The notes: generated by a model from the sequence alone, not told the origin. 64,000 bases of DNA from Amoebidium appalachense (GCA_963693365.1 CAVNZM010000004.1:702448-766447), one strand, 5' to 3'. Shown: positions 20,965 to 40,281, numbered from the stretch's first letter. Numbers and translations are program-made.

Positions 20965-21720
20965 TGCTTGACCTGGCGCAGTGTGTTTACCGACTATGTG
21001 TGTACGCAACGCCCGGTTCCCGGGGGTGGTGGGGGTGGGGTTAGGGGGGGGGGGGAGGGGTTTTGAGGCTGTGTGTATGGTAATCTTTGTGTGTTTTCGC
21101 TTGGGTGCCTGATGTGCGTGTGTTTGTGAACGTGTGTGTGAGTGTGTGCGTGCGCGTGTTTTGTTATTTTTATTTTATCACGTTTTGTTCCCGGAAGTCG
21201 AGGGACTTACCACACAGAACCGACAGTACGTTAACTTAGGGTGCTATCAATATGCTCAGCTAAGCTAAACCATCATTCACAAACCTAACTACCAGTACAC
21301 ACCTTGCCTAGGGCCCACTACCCCAGCCACGCCGGTAGGGGGCACCAGTCCTCCCCTCAAACCGAATCCTACGAATAAACGTTAACTTAACAGGCTCTCA
21401 TTGGTCGATCTGCAGCAGTGGAATGTCCGGTGGGTTGTGTGTGCTGTTTACGGTGGGTAGGGGTGTATAATGGGGTGATGGGGTGGTGATGGTGGCGGGT
21501 TGCTTCCTAACAATATATGTTGGTGTACATACTTAGTGGCAATGCTTTTGTGAACTAAAAGTTGTGGTTTGCAGAGCATTATGTGTCTCTGTGTGTGTCT
21601 GCAGTCTGGGCAGGCTGGCCTGGTGTGTGTGTGGCCGTGTGTGGGGGTTTTGGGTTTTGGTGGTGCTTTGCCTTTCTCTCTGTGGGTGGTGGTGGTGTGG
21701 TGGTGTTTTTGCATTTTGGG

Positions 21721-21815
<95 letters not shown>

Positions 21816-21833
21816 TGCGTGCGTGTGCAATGC

Positions 21834-21875
<42 letters not shown>

Positions 21876-22155
21876 GGGGACACGGGCCGCCCGGGGTGGG
21901 GGGATTGAGGGCGGGCAGCTGTTGGAACGACAGCCCAACAGGCCAGGCACTGACATTCTTTGTGCAGTTTACCACCCAGTCCGTGGCAAACCCTACAAAG
22001 TCTAGTTATTGTAGCTCCACATCCATATTTGAGTGTGAGATAATAATATGGCAACATTTGGGGGGTGGAGGGGGGGGGGGGGGGGGGGGTGGAGGAGCTT
22101 TCGACTTTATTATCTGGGTCTGGGGATGGCGGGCGGTTGGGGGGCCTGCGTTTGT

Positions 22156-22200
<45 letters not shown>

Positions 22201-22372
22201 GGGTGAGGGAGGGCGGGGCTTGGTGGTTCCAAATCAGTCACAGTTCCGACTTTACCGCTATCCTGCCTTCCCTTAATGTCAAAACACCCTTGATAATGGC
22301 TAGTATGATCTCTATGTTTGGGAGAAGGGGTTCAAAGCTATACGTGCGCGTCTCCGTGTTTGTGTTTATGTT

Positions 22373-22457
<85 letters not shown>

Positions 22458-22517
22458 ACGGGATGTTTTTTATTTTAACTTATTTTATTTATTTTTATTT
22501 TTATTTTTATTTTTAAT

Positions 22518-22560
<43 letters not shown>

Positions 22561-23240
22561 TGTATGCGTTAGTGGGATGGAAATATGGAGGAGACAACAA
22601 AGAGCAACAACAAAACGTCACAAAAGTGGGAAATCCAAAATCAAACAATTTAAGCGGGCAGGCAGAAGGGGGGGGGGGGGGGGGGGGGGGAGAACGGCGT
22701 AGGAACGAACATGCTGAGATGGTGGTGTGTGTGTGTGTGGCGGAAAGGGGGAGGGCGCCCTCGAGGAGGGGCGGGGAGGGGGGTGGAGAGGTAGGGAGGA
22801 GGGGGGGAGGGGGGGGGAGGCGGAGGGGGTAAATGAGCTGCAGAATGCGTTGTGGTGAAGATGGTGGTGCGGTCGTTTTTTTTTTTTGGGGGGGGGGGGG
22901 GGGGGGGAGGGGGGGAGAGAGAGAAAGAGGGGGGGGGGGGGGGGGGGGGAAGGGAGCGGGGGGCGGGGTTAGGGGGAGAGAGGGAGAAGCACAGGGAAAG
23001 ATAATCTGGGTCCCGGGTAAAATCCACAGGTCGTGGGAGGATCAACGGGATATGGAGGGGGAAACTACAGCCGTGAAAGGCAAGGGGTCTGGGAAGAAAG
23101 GATCTATAGGCGAAGAAAAGAGAAAAAAAATGGAAAAACGGATGGTCGAAATAGGCAAGGTTTGATTTGAGGTGGTAAGAGGCCTGCGCCTGTGTTTTCC
23201 CCAGGGGAAAAAAAAAATGGTGCCGGGGGAGGGGGGGGGG

Positions 23241-23271
<31 letters not shown>

Positions 23272-23458
23272 CGGGAAGGGGCAGACAAGGAACATTTGAG
23301 GACTGTGAATTTTAAATATGGCCCACCAGCAGCCACTTAAAGCGTTAAAAAAAACACGTGAATCTATATATGCTGTCGTGATACGGATAATATGCACCTG
23401 CATAACTATCCCTTTATTTACACCCTCACTAGTCGTCAAACCGAACGAATACAGCAAC

Positions 23459-24334
23459 CTACTCCACCAATGCCGTCACATCCTTGCAGATGTACTCCTC
23501 TAACTCACGTGTGAAACCACTGATCACCCCAGCAGCCTTGAGTGCTTGCCGTGTGCTCTCCAAACTGGCACGTGAAAGGGTGGCTCCGTTCGTCTCTGTG
23601 TCGTACCCCACTTGCGCAAACCACTTCTGTGCATCCTCGGGCTGCAAGTGGAACTCACGGGACACCCGTTCGACCGATTGGTTTCCCTCGTTGGCAAGAA
23701 AGAGAGAACATGCTGTGCGGACAGCAACAAGAAGCCGGCGCAGCTTTTCCGCGTTCGCCTGCGCGTATTCCCGTGTGCTCACGGCGGTAAAGGCGGACCA
23801 TGGGGTAGGAATAACGCCAATCAGTGCCACCTCGCCCTTGTCGGCATAGGGCTTGGTCATAAAGGTCTCCCACAAAAACACGTCCACCCCCCCGCTGTTT
23901 GTTTCAATACGTAGCGTTGCAAAGTCGTTGCAGACCTTAAACTTCGGGGCCTCCTTCCAACCCCGTTGGTTGGCAAGCACCGATGCCATAACATGACTCC
24001 CCGACCCGTAGCGACTGATGCCGAAGGTCTTCCCCTCCAGTTGGTCCACCTCAGTGATTCCACTGTTAGGGCCAACGGCTATGCCCCAGCGCAATGGCGA
24101 CGCAACATGAGTGCCAAGGAGCACCAGGTCTGTGCCCTTTTCTATCTCGGCCACAAGACACTCTGTCAGTGCAAAGGCAACATCCACACTGCCGTCACGC
24201 AGGGCACCCACCATGGCCCCAGAGCCCTGCTTGATCTCCACCCACTCAAAGCCGAGGTCGGGGTCGTAGAGGCCTTGCTCCTGTGCCATGTGCACGGGGA
24301 TGTTGAAGTGCTCGGGCACACCTGCTACTCGCAT
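23459..24334 (-). CDS. Intronless periplasmic-binding-protein type 2 fold protein, Ca3427-like / NMT1-THI5-SsuA-like, 291 aa
   Basis: Uninterrupted ORF with the family motifs RVAGVPEHF, GSGAM..L..G.VDVA.ALTE, SPL.WGI, GISRYGSGSH.M, FLWE.F.TKPY and TPWSAF. Confidence 0.88.
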   Translation of the reverse strand: MRVAGVPEHFNIPVHMAQEQGLYDPDLGFEWVEIKQGSGAMVGALRDGSVDVAFALTECLVAEIEKGTDLVLLGTHVASPLRWGIAVGPNSGITEVDQLEGKTFGISRYGSGSHVMASVLANQRGWKEAPKFKVCNDFATLRIETNSGGVDVFLWETFMTKPYADKGEVALIGVIPTPWSAFTAVSTREYAQANAEKLRRLLVAVRTACSLFLANEGNQSVERVSREFHLQPEDAQKWFAQVGYDTETNGATLSRASLESTRQALKAAGVISGFTRELEEYICKDVTALVE

Positions 24335-24476
24335 TTTCGTGGGTGGGTTGGGGTGGCAAGGCGACGAGTGTATACGTATGTAAAACGTGTGCCCCCGAAA
24401 ACTTTTTGAGGTTGTGCTTGTGAGTCAGTCTCCCGTGAGTGAGTGACGTCGGCTCATGATCAAGATCAGAGCGAGA

Positions 24477-24507
24477 CTCCTAAATAGCTCACCTTTAGGA
24501 GGCCTTG
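24477..24507. mobile_element. Degenerate copy of the mini hairpin element
   Basis: CTCCTAAATAGCTCACC-TTTAGGAGGCCTTG, with flanks AGAGCGAG (24468-24475) and AGAGGGAG (24508-24515) matching at 7 of 8 positions. Confidence 0.65.
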
Positions 24508-24609
24508 AGAGGGAGGGCCGCGTGGTGCGTGATGACGTAATTTCCCATAGTTGATTGGCGTACCACGCATCAGCCTTTGCGCAAAAGATCTACAGCTACG
24601 TGCAAGCAA

Positions 24610-24656
24610 CAAGGCCTCCTAAATAGCTCACCCGGTGAGCTATTTAGGAGGCCTTG
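24610..24656. mobile_element. 47-bp perfect hairpin mini-MITE with 8-bp TSD (hAT-like)
   Basis: CAAGGCCTCCTAAATAGCTCACC-C-GGTGAGCTATTTAGGAGGCCTTG, flanked by GCAAGCAA on both sides (24602-24609, 24657-24664). Confidence 0.9.
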
Positions 24657-25754
24657 GCAAGCAAGGCCCAGAGTACAGTAGCCATATAACAGCTCTCGCC
24701 CCCAGAGCACTGCAGCTGGACTAGGAGGAGGAGGAGAAGGCTTGCGCGTCAACCCACTATAGGATAGGTCTATGTAGAATAACCCCCTCCCCTCGGCACA
24801 TACGCGTGCAACCACCAATCCACATGTACACGCGCGCGTGCACAGGTCAACGCGCCACCACCACGGTACGTCTGTGACCACCACACGTGCACACCACAAC
24901 CAGACACAGAACGCGCAAAACACACATCACGGTACATGTAAGCCGGTTTCCTTTCTGAGCTGAATGCCGCTGTGTAGAACGCCGCGTTATGCACGACACT
25001 TTTGTACATCAGCTTGTGCCATACTGAACCCAAGTCACAGCAATAAAGAATTTACACCTCAGAAATCCGCATTCGAATGCGGGCTGGCGCACGCTCTACA
25101 ATGTATGCCCTTAAGGCATTCACTACTACAGCACTATTTGTTTGTAGAGTGCGCACGCACAACGTTAACCAGGACGTGTGTAGCCCCTGGCGTGGAAGAC
25201 CGTCAATTGCAAACAATGCCCGTACACACGAAGGTAGCACGTTCGGATGTGCAATCGTACACTCTGTGGTGTGCGCACATGCATGCCAGAGCCCTGGCAC
25301 ACTGATGTGGACAGAACGTTAGACCATGACGTCGTGCTCAAAGCCTTCTTGCATGGTTGGTTACGGGCAAGAGCTGTGTGTTAACGCCATGCCAGGCAGA
25401 AACAGATTGCTTCACACACGACTCAAACACAAGACACAAGAATCACAACCGTGCTGGCATATATTACACACACTAGGTGCATATAGTTTACTAGAATGGT
25501 GTGGCCGATGGCAAACTAATGCCACCGTCTTGCATCCGGCCACTATGGCCGGTGGGTGCTAACATGGTCTATACAATGACATTCGCTGGCCAGGGTGGGA
25601 GCAGCAGACCCGTGCTGCTCCGGGGGCACACGTCGACCCCCTCCCGGAACATTTGTACACTAGCCTATGTGCTGTATGCAAATGGGTGTATGCTTGTATT
25701 CGTGTTGTCTCTGTGTGTGTGTTTATGCATGTGTACGGGCACGTGTTGGTGTGT

Positions 25755-31251
<5,497 letters not shown>

Positions 31252-33133
31252 TTCGGCCACCGAACCTACACCATAACCAACCATGGTTAGATACCTGCCA
31301 GGTGCGCAAGGGGCAAACTTCATGTACGACTCATGCCACACTACCCTCGTGCTGTGCTACAAGTCTGTCTGGAAATAAAATGCTGCGCCTGAAAACATAA
31401 AAGTCTTTTTGAAAAGGAAGCAGACCAGATGATTCTGAATGGACGAGATGAGCTGTAGGAAGCACGGACTTCAAGCTACGACAGTGTCCCCACAGCTATA
31501 AGATTGGCACGTTAAGGTTCCGGTAGAAAACGGAAAGGGTGTCATCGAAAGGTGCCTATCGGGCCGTTCGAGATCAAAGACAAACTACCGAAAACTGTCT
31601 CCCCTCTTGCTTCACCTAAATGGGAGACAACTACAAAACATCACTAGCAGAAGTTGAGCTGAGCAAACCCGTTTCGCTAGAGGAAAGTAGACAGCTATAC
31701 CCCTAGGCAGACAAAGTCCTCTGTCCCTTTCCCCTTCTACAATGCCCTACTCGCAATAAAGTAAAGGTGTATCACCTTTTCCAAACAATCCGTCAGAAAG
31801 GGAGCGAGCGGGAGACTGAAAAGACTCGCTCGCTTGCAGCACGACGGTGGTGAAGTGTGTAAGTGAAGGCGTGTGGTGAGCGTTGGTTTTGCCCTGCATG
31901 GCAAACCAGGGTTAGGTAGGGAGCGCGGCAAATCCACCCACACATATACATGATTGTATCTTGGTATCTATGAATAAAAAGTTACCAAAATACTTAATAG
32001 CGTATACATTGAAATTATTAAAACATAATTTAACCCTAGATAAATTAATTTTATTTTGCCTTCCTCATTATATCAAAACCCTGTTCTTTTATTATTAACA
32101 TATTATCGTTTTACCAATTTCTTTTTGTTTTACCCACTCATATTTGGTGTTCTTTGGTTGGCTAATATGAAGTCGCCTGGTCCAATCCTCAAACAGATAA
32201 ATGTTCAGACGTATTTGCCGCTTGTTGTCCTAACAAGGCGGAGGCTGTTGATTGGTTATCCATACACTATTGAGAATCCAATTATGGTAGCCTGCCTTGA
32301 AAAGTAAAAAAAAGCCGCATCCCAAAGCCGTGGTGCGCGGCTCAATCCTTTGCAACAGGTAGATTGCGGACCATTGCTCAGCGACGGGCCCCTCTTATGA
32401 TTCCAATTGAGCTCATTTTAGTTATGTTATTTACCACAACCATGTGTTAGTTTGAAATCAATGCTACTCTACGCGTGAATCACAGCCTTACAACCTATAA
32501 AGTCACAAAGTTTGAAGGCTTTCCTCTTTCGTCATGTTTGCGACCGCCAGCCCCCGTGACAGCCAATCACATACACCATACAAAAGCCCCGGAGGCCCGG
32601 GCCTGAAAGAGCCTGAGCCGTAGTAAGGCCCCAGGTATATATGTCCAAGTCACGTACACATCTTCAATATTATTGATAGCCAACCTAGGCAATTTTGTAA
32701 GTACTTGGCATAGAACATGGGGAATGCATATTTAGCTTGTGCTATCATCGGGCTTCAAGTTTTGGGGATCACGCTCTAAATGATTGTCCTGGTGACGCCG
32801 ACACAGCCAATGAACGGTCTCGTCATGACCTATTGGCTGATAGCACACCACATGGCTAAGCCTATGTAAATCTATCCCAAAAACTACCTAAATATCATAT
32901 TGCTTTTCTCCCGATCTATCACAAAACCTACCTAAATATCATAGATCATATCCCGGAAAATCCCGAAAAATGGACCTAAATATCAAGTTCATCTATCCCT
33001 TGGGCCCCTATCTATCCCGAGAAATATCATTTTTCTCTCGCTGAAGCCTAAATATCCGGGCTAATATCCGGTGCTAAACTTAGCCCGGCGGGCAGGTATC
33101 CATAATATTTCGAAGACTCAGGCCTAAGTATCA

Positions 33134-33221
<88 letters not shown>

Positions 33222-33247
33222 TGTGTGGGTGGGTGGGTGGGTGGGTG

Positions 33248-33281
<34 letters not shown>

Positions 33282-33408
33282 ATGCATGCATGCATAAAAA
33301 GGATATGCATATGGATCATATGCACCATTACGTACGTGTGAGTCGTGACAAGTCTGCAGTGCACGTGTGGCCGGCCCCGGCCTCGATTGAGGGCGGGGGG
33401 TGGGGGGT

Positions 33409-33440
<32 letters not shown>

Positions 33441-33525
33441 GGGGGGGGGGGGGGGGGGGAGGAATAACTTGTATGCATGCATGAAAAAGAGTATGTGTGC
33501 ACGAACCAGAAGGCCAAAGGCAGCT

Positions 33526-33563
<38 letters not shown>

Positions 33564-34745
33564 ACTCAAGGCACGGGACGGTCTTGCCACCACAATGAAA
33601 TTTTATCCTTGCTCACGTCGACTACTTATCTTCTACTACATATACATGACTTTTTATCAGCCTGACTTTGCTCTCGTTCACAACCTTGATCTTAGCCTAT
33701 TTGCTGTGATATCCCTGGCCACAAACATATACAATATATCCCTAAACCCACAATATACCTAAATCTATCCTGAGCGCTCGACCGGGATATATCCACCCCC
33801 TGTGGATAGATTGGAAATCCCGCCCCTCCCTAAATATCATTTGGAACTATCCCAAAACTGCCTAAATATCCGGATATATCCCATATCCCGAGGACCCCTA
33901 AATATCCTGTGGAGATGCGGGATTTTTTTACATAGGCTTACACATGGCATGGGCGGCGCCGCGGCATGGGTGCGTGGTTACGGTATTAGAGATAGCTGTC
34001 TATTAGCTGAGCCTGGCAGGCTCACCATGGAGAGCACTGAGTAAAATTGCAAGTTGCTTCACATATAATCAGTAGGTTGTATGCAGCCCGTTCATTGAGA
34101 GAATCTTGAATAAAAGTGCGGAACTGTGTGGCTTCTTGGAAGGCGAGAAAATTATACGGCGCACGTGCGGATCGTACGGCTCGTACTTCACAAAAGAAGT
34201 AGCCAATGAAAAAATTTAAAATTGATTTTTTAGCGAATCATAAAACACACAACTATGTTCCAGCGGAACATCTGATTAGTTACAGGTCATGATCCCTTGT
34301 TGTCAAAATTTGGGCAGACCAAAATACAAGGTGGTGGTGTGGGTGGGCAAGCTGCCAGTGCAGTTGTGAGCTCGGCTGTCCACCGCGCACAGGTCTTGTT
34401 CTCGGCACTCGTTGAGCTAGGCACAGTACTCCTGCACCTAGGCAAGTGTCAGCTGCAGTGGTCAAAATTATAAGTGTAATGATGAGGTTGTGGGACTAGC
34501 TGGAGCTCTGGTTTGAACAAGCTTTACCTACAAATAGTCTAGCTGTGTGCCTAATGGTGGCGATCTTTTCTTTGTGGCTCTCCGCTGTGTATGTGCAGAG
34601 CCAGACACCATACGACTCCAATTTTCAGAAAGCATACCGGTCTTGAGCTCGCTAGCAAAGCATTCTAGCGCCCGTTTGCCTTGACTATTCAGCCAGTCAC
34701 GCATTTACACCCCCCTTTCCGCTGCAGATATCGGTGGTCGTGAAC
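31252..34745. promoter_or_regulatory. Divergent intergenic region between PCCA and PCCB, candidate bidirectional promoter
   Basis: The start codons face away from each other. Several CCAAT/ATTGG boxes occur on both strands (~31503, 32182, 32251, 32564, 32807, 32832, 34203). Confidence 0.55.
32857..33940. mobile_element. 1084-bp non-autonomous hAT-like DNA transposon
   Basis: Perfect 14-bp TIR TAAGCCTATGTAAA / TTTACATAGGCTTA and 8-bp TSD CACATGGC (32849-32856, 33941-33948). About 7 subterminal CCTAAATATC motifs; no transposase ORF. Confidence 0.92.
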
Positions 34746-37700
34746 ATGGTTCGTGGTTCTCTTGCTACCCTGTTCAGGGGTGCCTCCGCCCTGGTGGCGG
34801 CCGGCCGTGTCAAGGTAAGTGAGGTGACCAAAAGCCTTATAACTTGTGTTAGGATGAATCTTGTGTTTCGTTTTTTTTTTTTTGGGGGGGGGGGGTGGGG
34901 GGGGGAGAGGAGGAAGAGAAGAGGAGCAAGGGGTTGGCTTGTTGGGGGTGTCTGGCGGTCTGAAATTCCTCGTTGGAGGCCCATTTGTGTTACCAACTTT
35001 CTATTTTGATTTCTTCTATGCCGTGCTCTCCTGAATCTCGATAAGGCACCGTTTTAGCTCTCTGGCTACCATTTTCTTCCCCTCCCACCCTTCTCGTTTC
35101 TCCTGCCCCTCCCTTCCCTCGGGGTCACTACTTCTACTTTTCACTTCCATGCCTACTTCTCACTTCATCCTTGCATACACCTCCACAAACACCCGCATTA
35201 GAGGCCTATTTTCATTATCTACCTTTGCTGCCCCAGGTTCATTACTGCTCCCTAACATGGTTGCTTGTTTGTCCAGGCACCCCAGGTTGCTGCGCCTCTG
35301 GCCGTTGCCGTGCGCCACTATGCCGTGGGTGGTGCTGGCGACCTCAAGTCCGAGGTGCGCAAGCAGCTTGAAATCAAGAAAGCCCAGGCCCTGTTGGGTG
35401 GCGGAGCCGACCGTATCAAGGCCCAGCATAAGAGGGTCGGTATCCTCTTCACGTTCCCCTGGTCCGTCTTTCTCTCGTGTCCTCCCCCCACGCTTTTCCC
35501 ATACCCAGTCTTTCATCTCTCCCGCTTTACGCTCCCACAACCTCTGATTTTCACGGCATGTTTGAAATCTTTCTGGAATGTGCACTAGGCACATGGCTGT
35601 TGTCCGGTCAACCCCAACTTAATCTGATGTCTTGCATGTCCCCCACCCTCTTGTACTTGTCGAGATGTTCTGACCTGCTGGTATGGGCCACAGGGCAAGC
35701 TGACAGCCCGTGAGCGTCTGGAGGTTCTCCTTGACGAGGGCTCGTTTGTTGAATACGACACCTTTGCCGAGCACCGCTGCGCTGACTTCGGCATGGAGAA
35801 GTTCAAGGTAACAATCCTCCTACCTGGTGTCCCTTAGCCTTTAATTGATTTAGTTTGAGCCCCCCCCCCCCCCCCCCCCCCCCCCTGTGTGCTCTGAAAC
35901 TTCTGCAGTGTTTTTCCGTCGTGAATGTGTACCTTCTACTGTCTAGCTCATCCTAATCTCCTCCGTGTTCACTCCGTTAATGTGTTCATTTCATTCTGAG
36001 ATTGCATTTTAAAACAACTCACGTTTTTACTTGCTGAAATACGTGTTTCTCCCAATCACGAGTGTTTATGCTTCCCTGCAACTACTGGGTGTTGGAATAT
36101 CTATCTAGGTGTATTCTTTTGTCTCTGACCGTGTGAATGGCCGATCCAGCCCATCGGTGACGGTGTGGTGACTGGCCACGGTTTCATCAACGGCCGTCTC
36201 GTCTACGTGTTCAGCCAGGACTTCACCGTCTTTGGTGGCTCCCTGTCATCCGCGCACGCACGCAAAATCTGCAAGGTCGGTTCCATCTTCAAAACCTTTC
36301 CCTCCCCTCCTCGATTTCCACCATCTCTCCTGAAAACAACCTCTTCACTTGTTGCATGAAATCATTTGACCTTACATGGTGTGTGTATGGTAGCGAGGTG
36401 TGGTAGTTGTTCCCATTATGCATGTGCAGGCAATCAAGACGTGTTACACCATTGTTGTTTCTAACTTGTTGTTGGGCAGATCATGGACAAGGCCATGATG
36501 GTGGGTGCACCCGTCATCGGCCTCAACGACTCCGGCGGAGCCCGTATCCAGGAGGGTGTCGAGTCTCTCGCCGGCTATGCCGATATCTTCCAGGTGTGTG
36601 TGTGTGATGGTGGGGGGGTTGTTCACTGTATGTGTGTTGTGTATGTCGGGAAGTCAACAGTGTTGGGTTCCTGTAGAGAGCAAGTGATTGCCTGCGGATA
36701 GCTAGTCTGTCATACCGACCCATGCCCTGACTGTTGGCTGCTGCAGAGGAACGTCTTGGCGTCCGGTGTCATCCCCCAGCTGTCCCTCATCATGGGTCCC
36801 TGCGCTGGTGAGTGTTTGCCCCCTTCTGAACTGCTCCACTGGCCTCCAGTCCATTTTATCCCTCACGTCGTGTTTTGCCTTGGTGCTTGAACATGTTATC
36901 CTTCTATGTAGCTCTGCTGTTGGCCAGATCGCTCTTGTAAAACCATACCCCTCCTTTCCCTGTTACTTTTGTGGGAGCAAACCTTCCTCTTTTAGATCTC
37001 TCTCTCTCTGCCCAGCCACTCTTGCCCCCAAACTGTGTGATAAAGTGCTGACGCCAATGCTTCAGGTGGTGCCGTGTACTCCCCGGCCATGACCGACTAC
37101 ACCTTCATGGTCGAGAACACCTCCTACATGTTCGTCACCGGCCCCGATGTCGTTAAATCCGTATGTGCCCCTTCTCCCCTCTTTAAAAACACCCCACCCC
37201 CCTTCCCCTCCCTCCCTCCCGGTCCACACACACCCACCTTGCATCATCGATAGGTGCCTGTACCTGTACGTGATGTGCTCTCTACTGTTTGCTGACACGT
37301 GGCCTGCAGGTCACCAACGAGGTGGTCACCCAGGAGGAGCTGGGCGGTGCCATCACCCACACTAAGAAGTCCGGTATGTTATCCTCACCCCCTGCCCACA
37401 TAAACACACACTCTCCTCTCTTTCTCTCTCTCTCTCTCTTTCTCTCCAACGTCTTCATGCCTCCCTCCCCACCCTCTATTCTTGCTGTTATTGATGCGTG
37501 CCAGCACCCCCTGCACAACCGAACCACCCTATTTTTACGCCTAGCCCTGCAGGTGTTGCTCACCGTGCCTTCCACAACGACATCGATGCGCTGCTGAGTC
37601 TGCGCGAGATGGTCGGCTACCTGCCCCTCTCCAACAAGCACCCCGCCCCCATCCTCGTCACCGATGACCCAGCGTATGCATCCCCTCATGCCCACAGTTT

Positions 37701-39131
37701 GCCTTCCATATATGTAAATATGTTCGGCTTAGATCATGACCGTTGTCGGATGCTCTCGTTGCCGTTTGCTTTACCAAGCTCCCTATGGGACATCGTCATA
37801 GAAATCCTGGTTGTGCATGCAGTAACCACCGGCCTAGCCTTTCTATCACGCATTTTGCCTTTGTCCCCCACCGTGCAATTTGGGCCTGGCTTTGTTGTGC
37901 TCGTACGCTCCCCCACTGACGTTGCTCTCCCTCAGTGACCGCTACATCCCGGCCCTCAACACGATGGTGCCCAACAGCGCCAACCAGGCCTACTGCATGA
38001 AGTCCGTCGTCAAGAAGGTACATGGCACCCCGTGTTATTCCAAGTGAATGTCTGCCCTGTACTTTTTAGTGCATCCTCCCCGCCCCGCTCTCCCTCACCC
38101 GTCTCTTCTGCTATTCCTTGCATACCTGTGCTTTCCTCCGGCCCCTTGACTTACTTCATGTCTTTCTCCCACCGTCCCCCGTGTGCCACCTTGCCCCTTG
38201 TTGACCGCTTACTTCCACCATTCGAGTATTCTTAATGCCCTCTTATTGTGGAGCCCACTTCATCTCTTTCACCGTAATCCATATACGGCCCCGAGGTGAA
38301 TAGGTCGAAACTCGGGTACTGTGGATGACGTGGGCCCCCCTTGAGGATGGGCTCTGCTTATTATGCATACTCGTTATGTATGGCTTGCATTCTGCATCGT
38401 GTTATCCGTTTGTTCTTGTGTACTTCGTGCGTTTTGGCGCATTCAAACCCCCCCCCCCCCCCCCCCCCTTACTACTCCTCCTCTCCCTACCACCGTCATC
38501 CCCATGACCCCCATTGGTGTGCTGACGGTGCTTCAATGCAGGTTGTTGATGACGGTGAGTTCTTCGAGATCATGCCCACGTTTGCTGGCAACATCATTGT
38601 CGGCTTTGCACGCATGAATGGCCGCACTGTCGGTGTGGTCGGCAACCAGCCCACCGTGGCCTCCGGCTGCCTCGACATCGATTCCTCCATCAAGGGTCAG
38701 TGCTACCCTCCACACACATTTTATTTTGTTTTGCATGTTGATCTTGTTGGTGTTTGTTTATTTGCTAGCTTTGGGCCAGTTTGCATCACCGACCATTATG
38801 GTCCTACCCTACACGCACACGGCATTCACCTCCTTCAAACGCGTGCCACTGAGCCACACCACCGTGTCCTTGTAGCCTTTGTTTTGTGGCTAAAACCCTC
38901 TTAGGGTTCTGCTCCACACCCTCAACACACACATCTCGTCGCTAACACCAGCCACACAGGTGCCCGGTTTGTGCGGTTCTGCGATGCCTTCAACATCCCC
39001 CTGCTGACGTTCGTGGATGTGCCGGGTTTCCTGCCGGGCACTGCCCAGGAGTATGGCGGTATCATTCGCCACGGTGCCAAGCTGCTGTACGCCTATGCCG
39101 AGGCCACCGTCCCCAAGATTGTATGCCCATC

Positions 39132-39206
<75 letters not shown>

Positions 39207-39987
39207 GAGAAATGAGCAGACTTTTTTGATTTCTCCCAAGCCACACTGGCCACTTATTTTCGCTTCCAGCCATCACTTGCATGGGAGCATTATCTGACAT
39301 GGTGTGTGCAGACCGTGATTACGCGCAAGGCCTACGGTGGTGCCTACGACGTGATGAGCTCCAAGCACCTGCGCGGTGACTCCAACTACGCATGGCCCTC
39401 GGCCGAAATTGCCGTCATGGGTGCCAAGGGTGCCGTGTCCATTATCTTCCGTGGGGCCCAGGACCTGGCTGCAAGTATGTAGCCCCTATCATTCCCGGTG
39501 TTTGCATTTGACTTGTGTGCCACACTCTTCCTTCCCCTTAGTTTTCACTGTTGTCGTCCTTTTTTGTAATGTTCAATGCTTGTAGTATGCGGAGCGTAAT
39601 TGGCAAGGATATGGATATGGACTGGGAGATAACCCACTTGTGGCCCAACATGTACTAACTTACACCCCTCTTTCCCCCTGCAGAGGAGCGCGAGTACGAG
39701 TCGACCCTGTGCACACCCTTCCCCGGTAAGTGTCTTTAAAATGATTACAAAAGGGGTAGGAATGTGGCATGATGGTTTGTGTGAATGGGCCTATTGCATG
39801 GGTGCATGTCTGTGATGGGTGTGGTGGGCCTGGCACTGACTGTGTTGCTGCAGCTGCTTCCCGAGGGTTTATTGATGACATCATCGAGCCGGCCACCACC
39901 CGCCAGCGCATCTGCGAGGACCTCGAGATCCTGCAGAGGAAGTCCCAGGAGAACCCCCCCAAGAAGCACGGCAACATTCCCCTCTAA
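34746..39987 (+). CDS. PCCB: Propionyl-CoA carboxylase beta chain (carboxyltransferase), 15 exons
   Basis: Motifs [124 protein letters not shown] and KKHGNIPL-stop. Introns are GT-AG. Confidence 0.96.
38237..38447 (+). repeat. Dispersed ~150-bp repeat, copy 1 (PCCB intron), with an imperfect fold-back at its 5' end
   Basis: 38298-38447 is near-identical to the reverse complement of 43860-44008. Confidence 0.85.
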
Positions 39988-40281
39988 ACGTCCACAACCA
40001 CCACAGAATTTATAAAACACCCATCTATCAACACCAGTATGCATACGCACACGCACCCGCCCCAACACATGTTGAGCATGAGGGGGGGGGGGCCGAATGA
40101 TGTACAGTCATAGTCACACATGCAACCATGGCCCCTGGGTGCCCAGCGGGTGACCATGGTTGTGCTATATAGTCAAACGTATCAGTAAACCGCACGCTGC
40201 CATAGGGCAAGCGAGCACTAGCTCCACGTACACATGTCTTCGTCGTCCTCCTCTCCCCCCTCCCTTGTGGATGACGTGCCC

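Noticed and set aside
20400-23450. Possible additional spliced gene (exon-like piece FEPLLPNIEIILAIIKGVLTLREGRIAVKSE at ~22241-22338, minus)
   Set aside because: I could not assemble a phase-consistent model or recognise a family; RNA-seq is needed.
24335-24600. TPP riboswitch upstream of the NMT1-like gene
   Set aside because: No recognisable TPP aptamer consensus was seen, and the protein is Ca3427-like rather than a clear Thi5.
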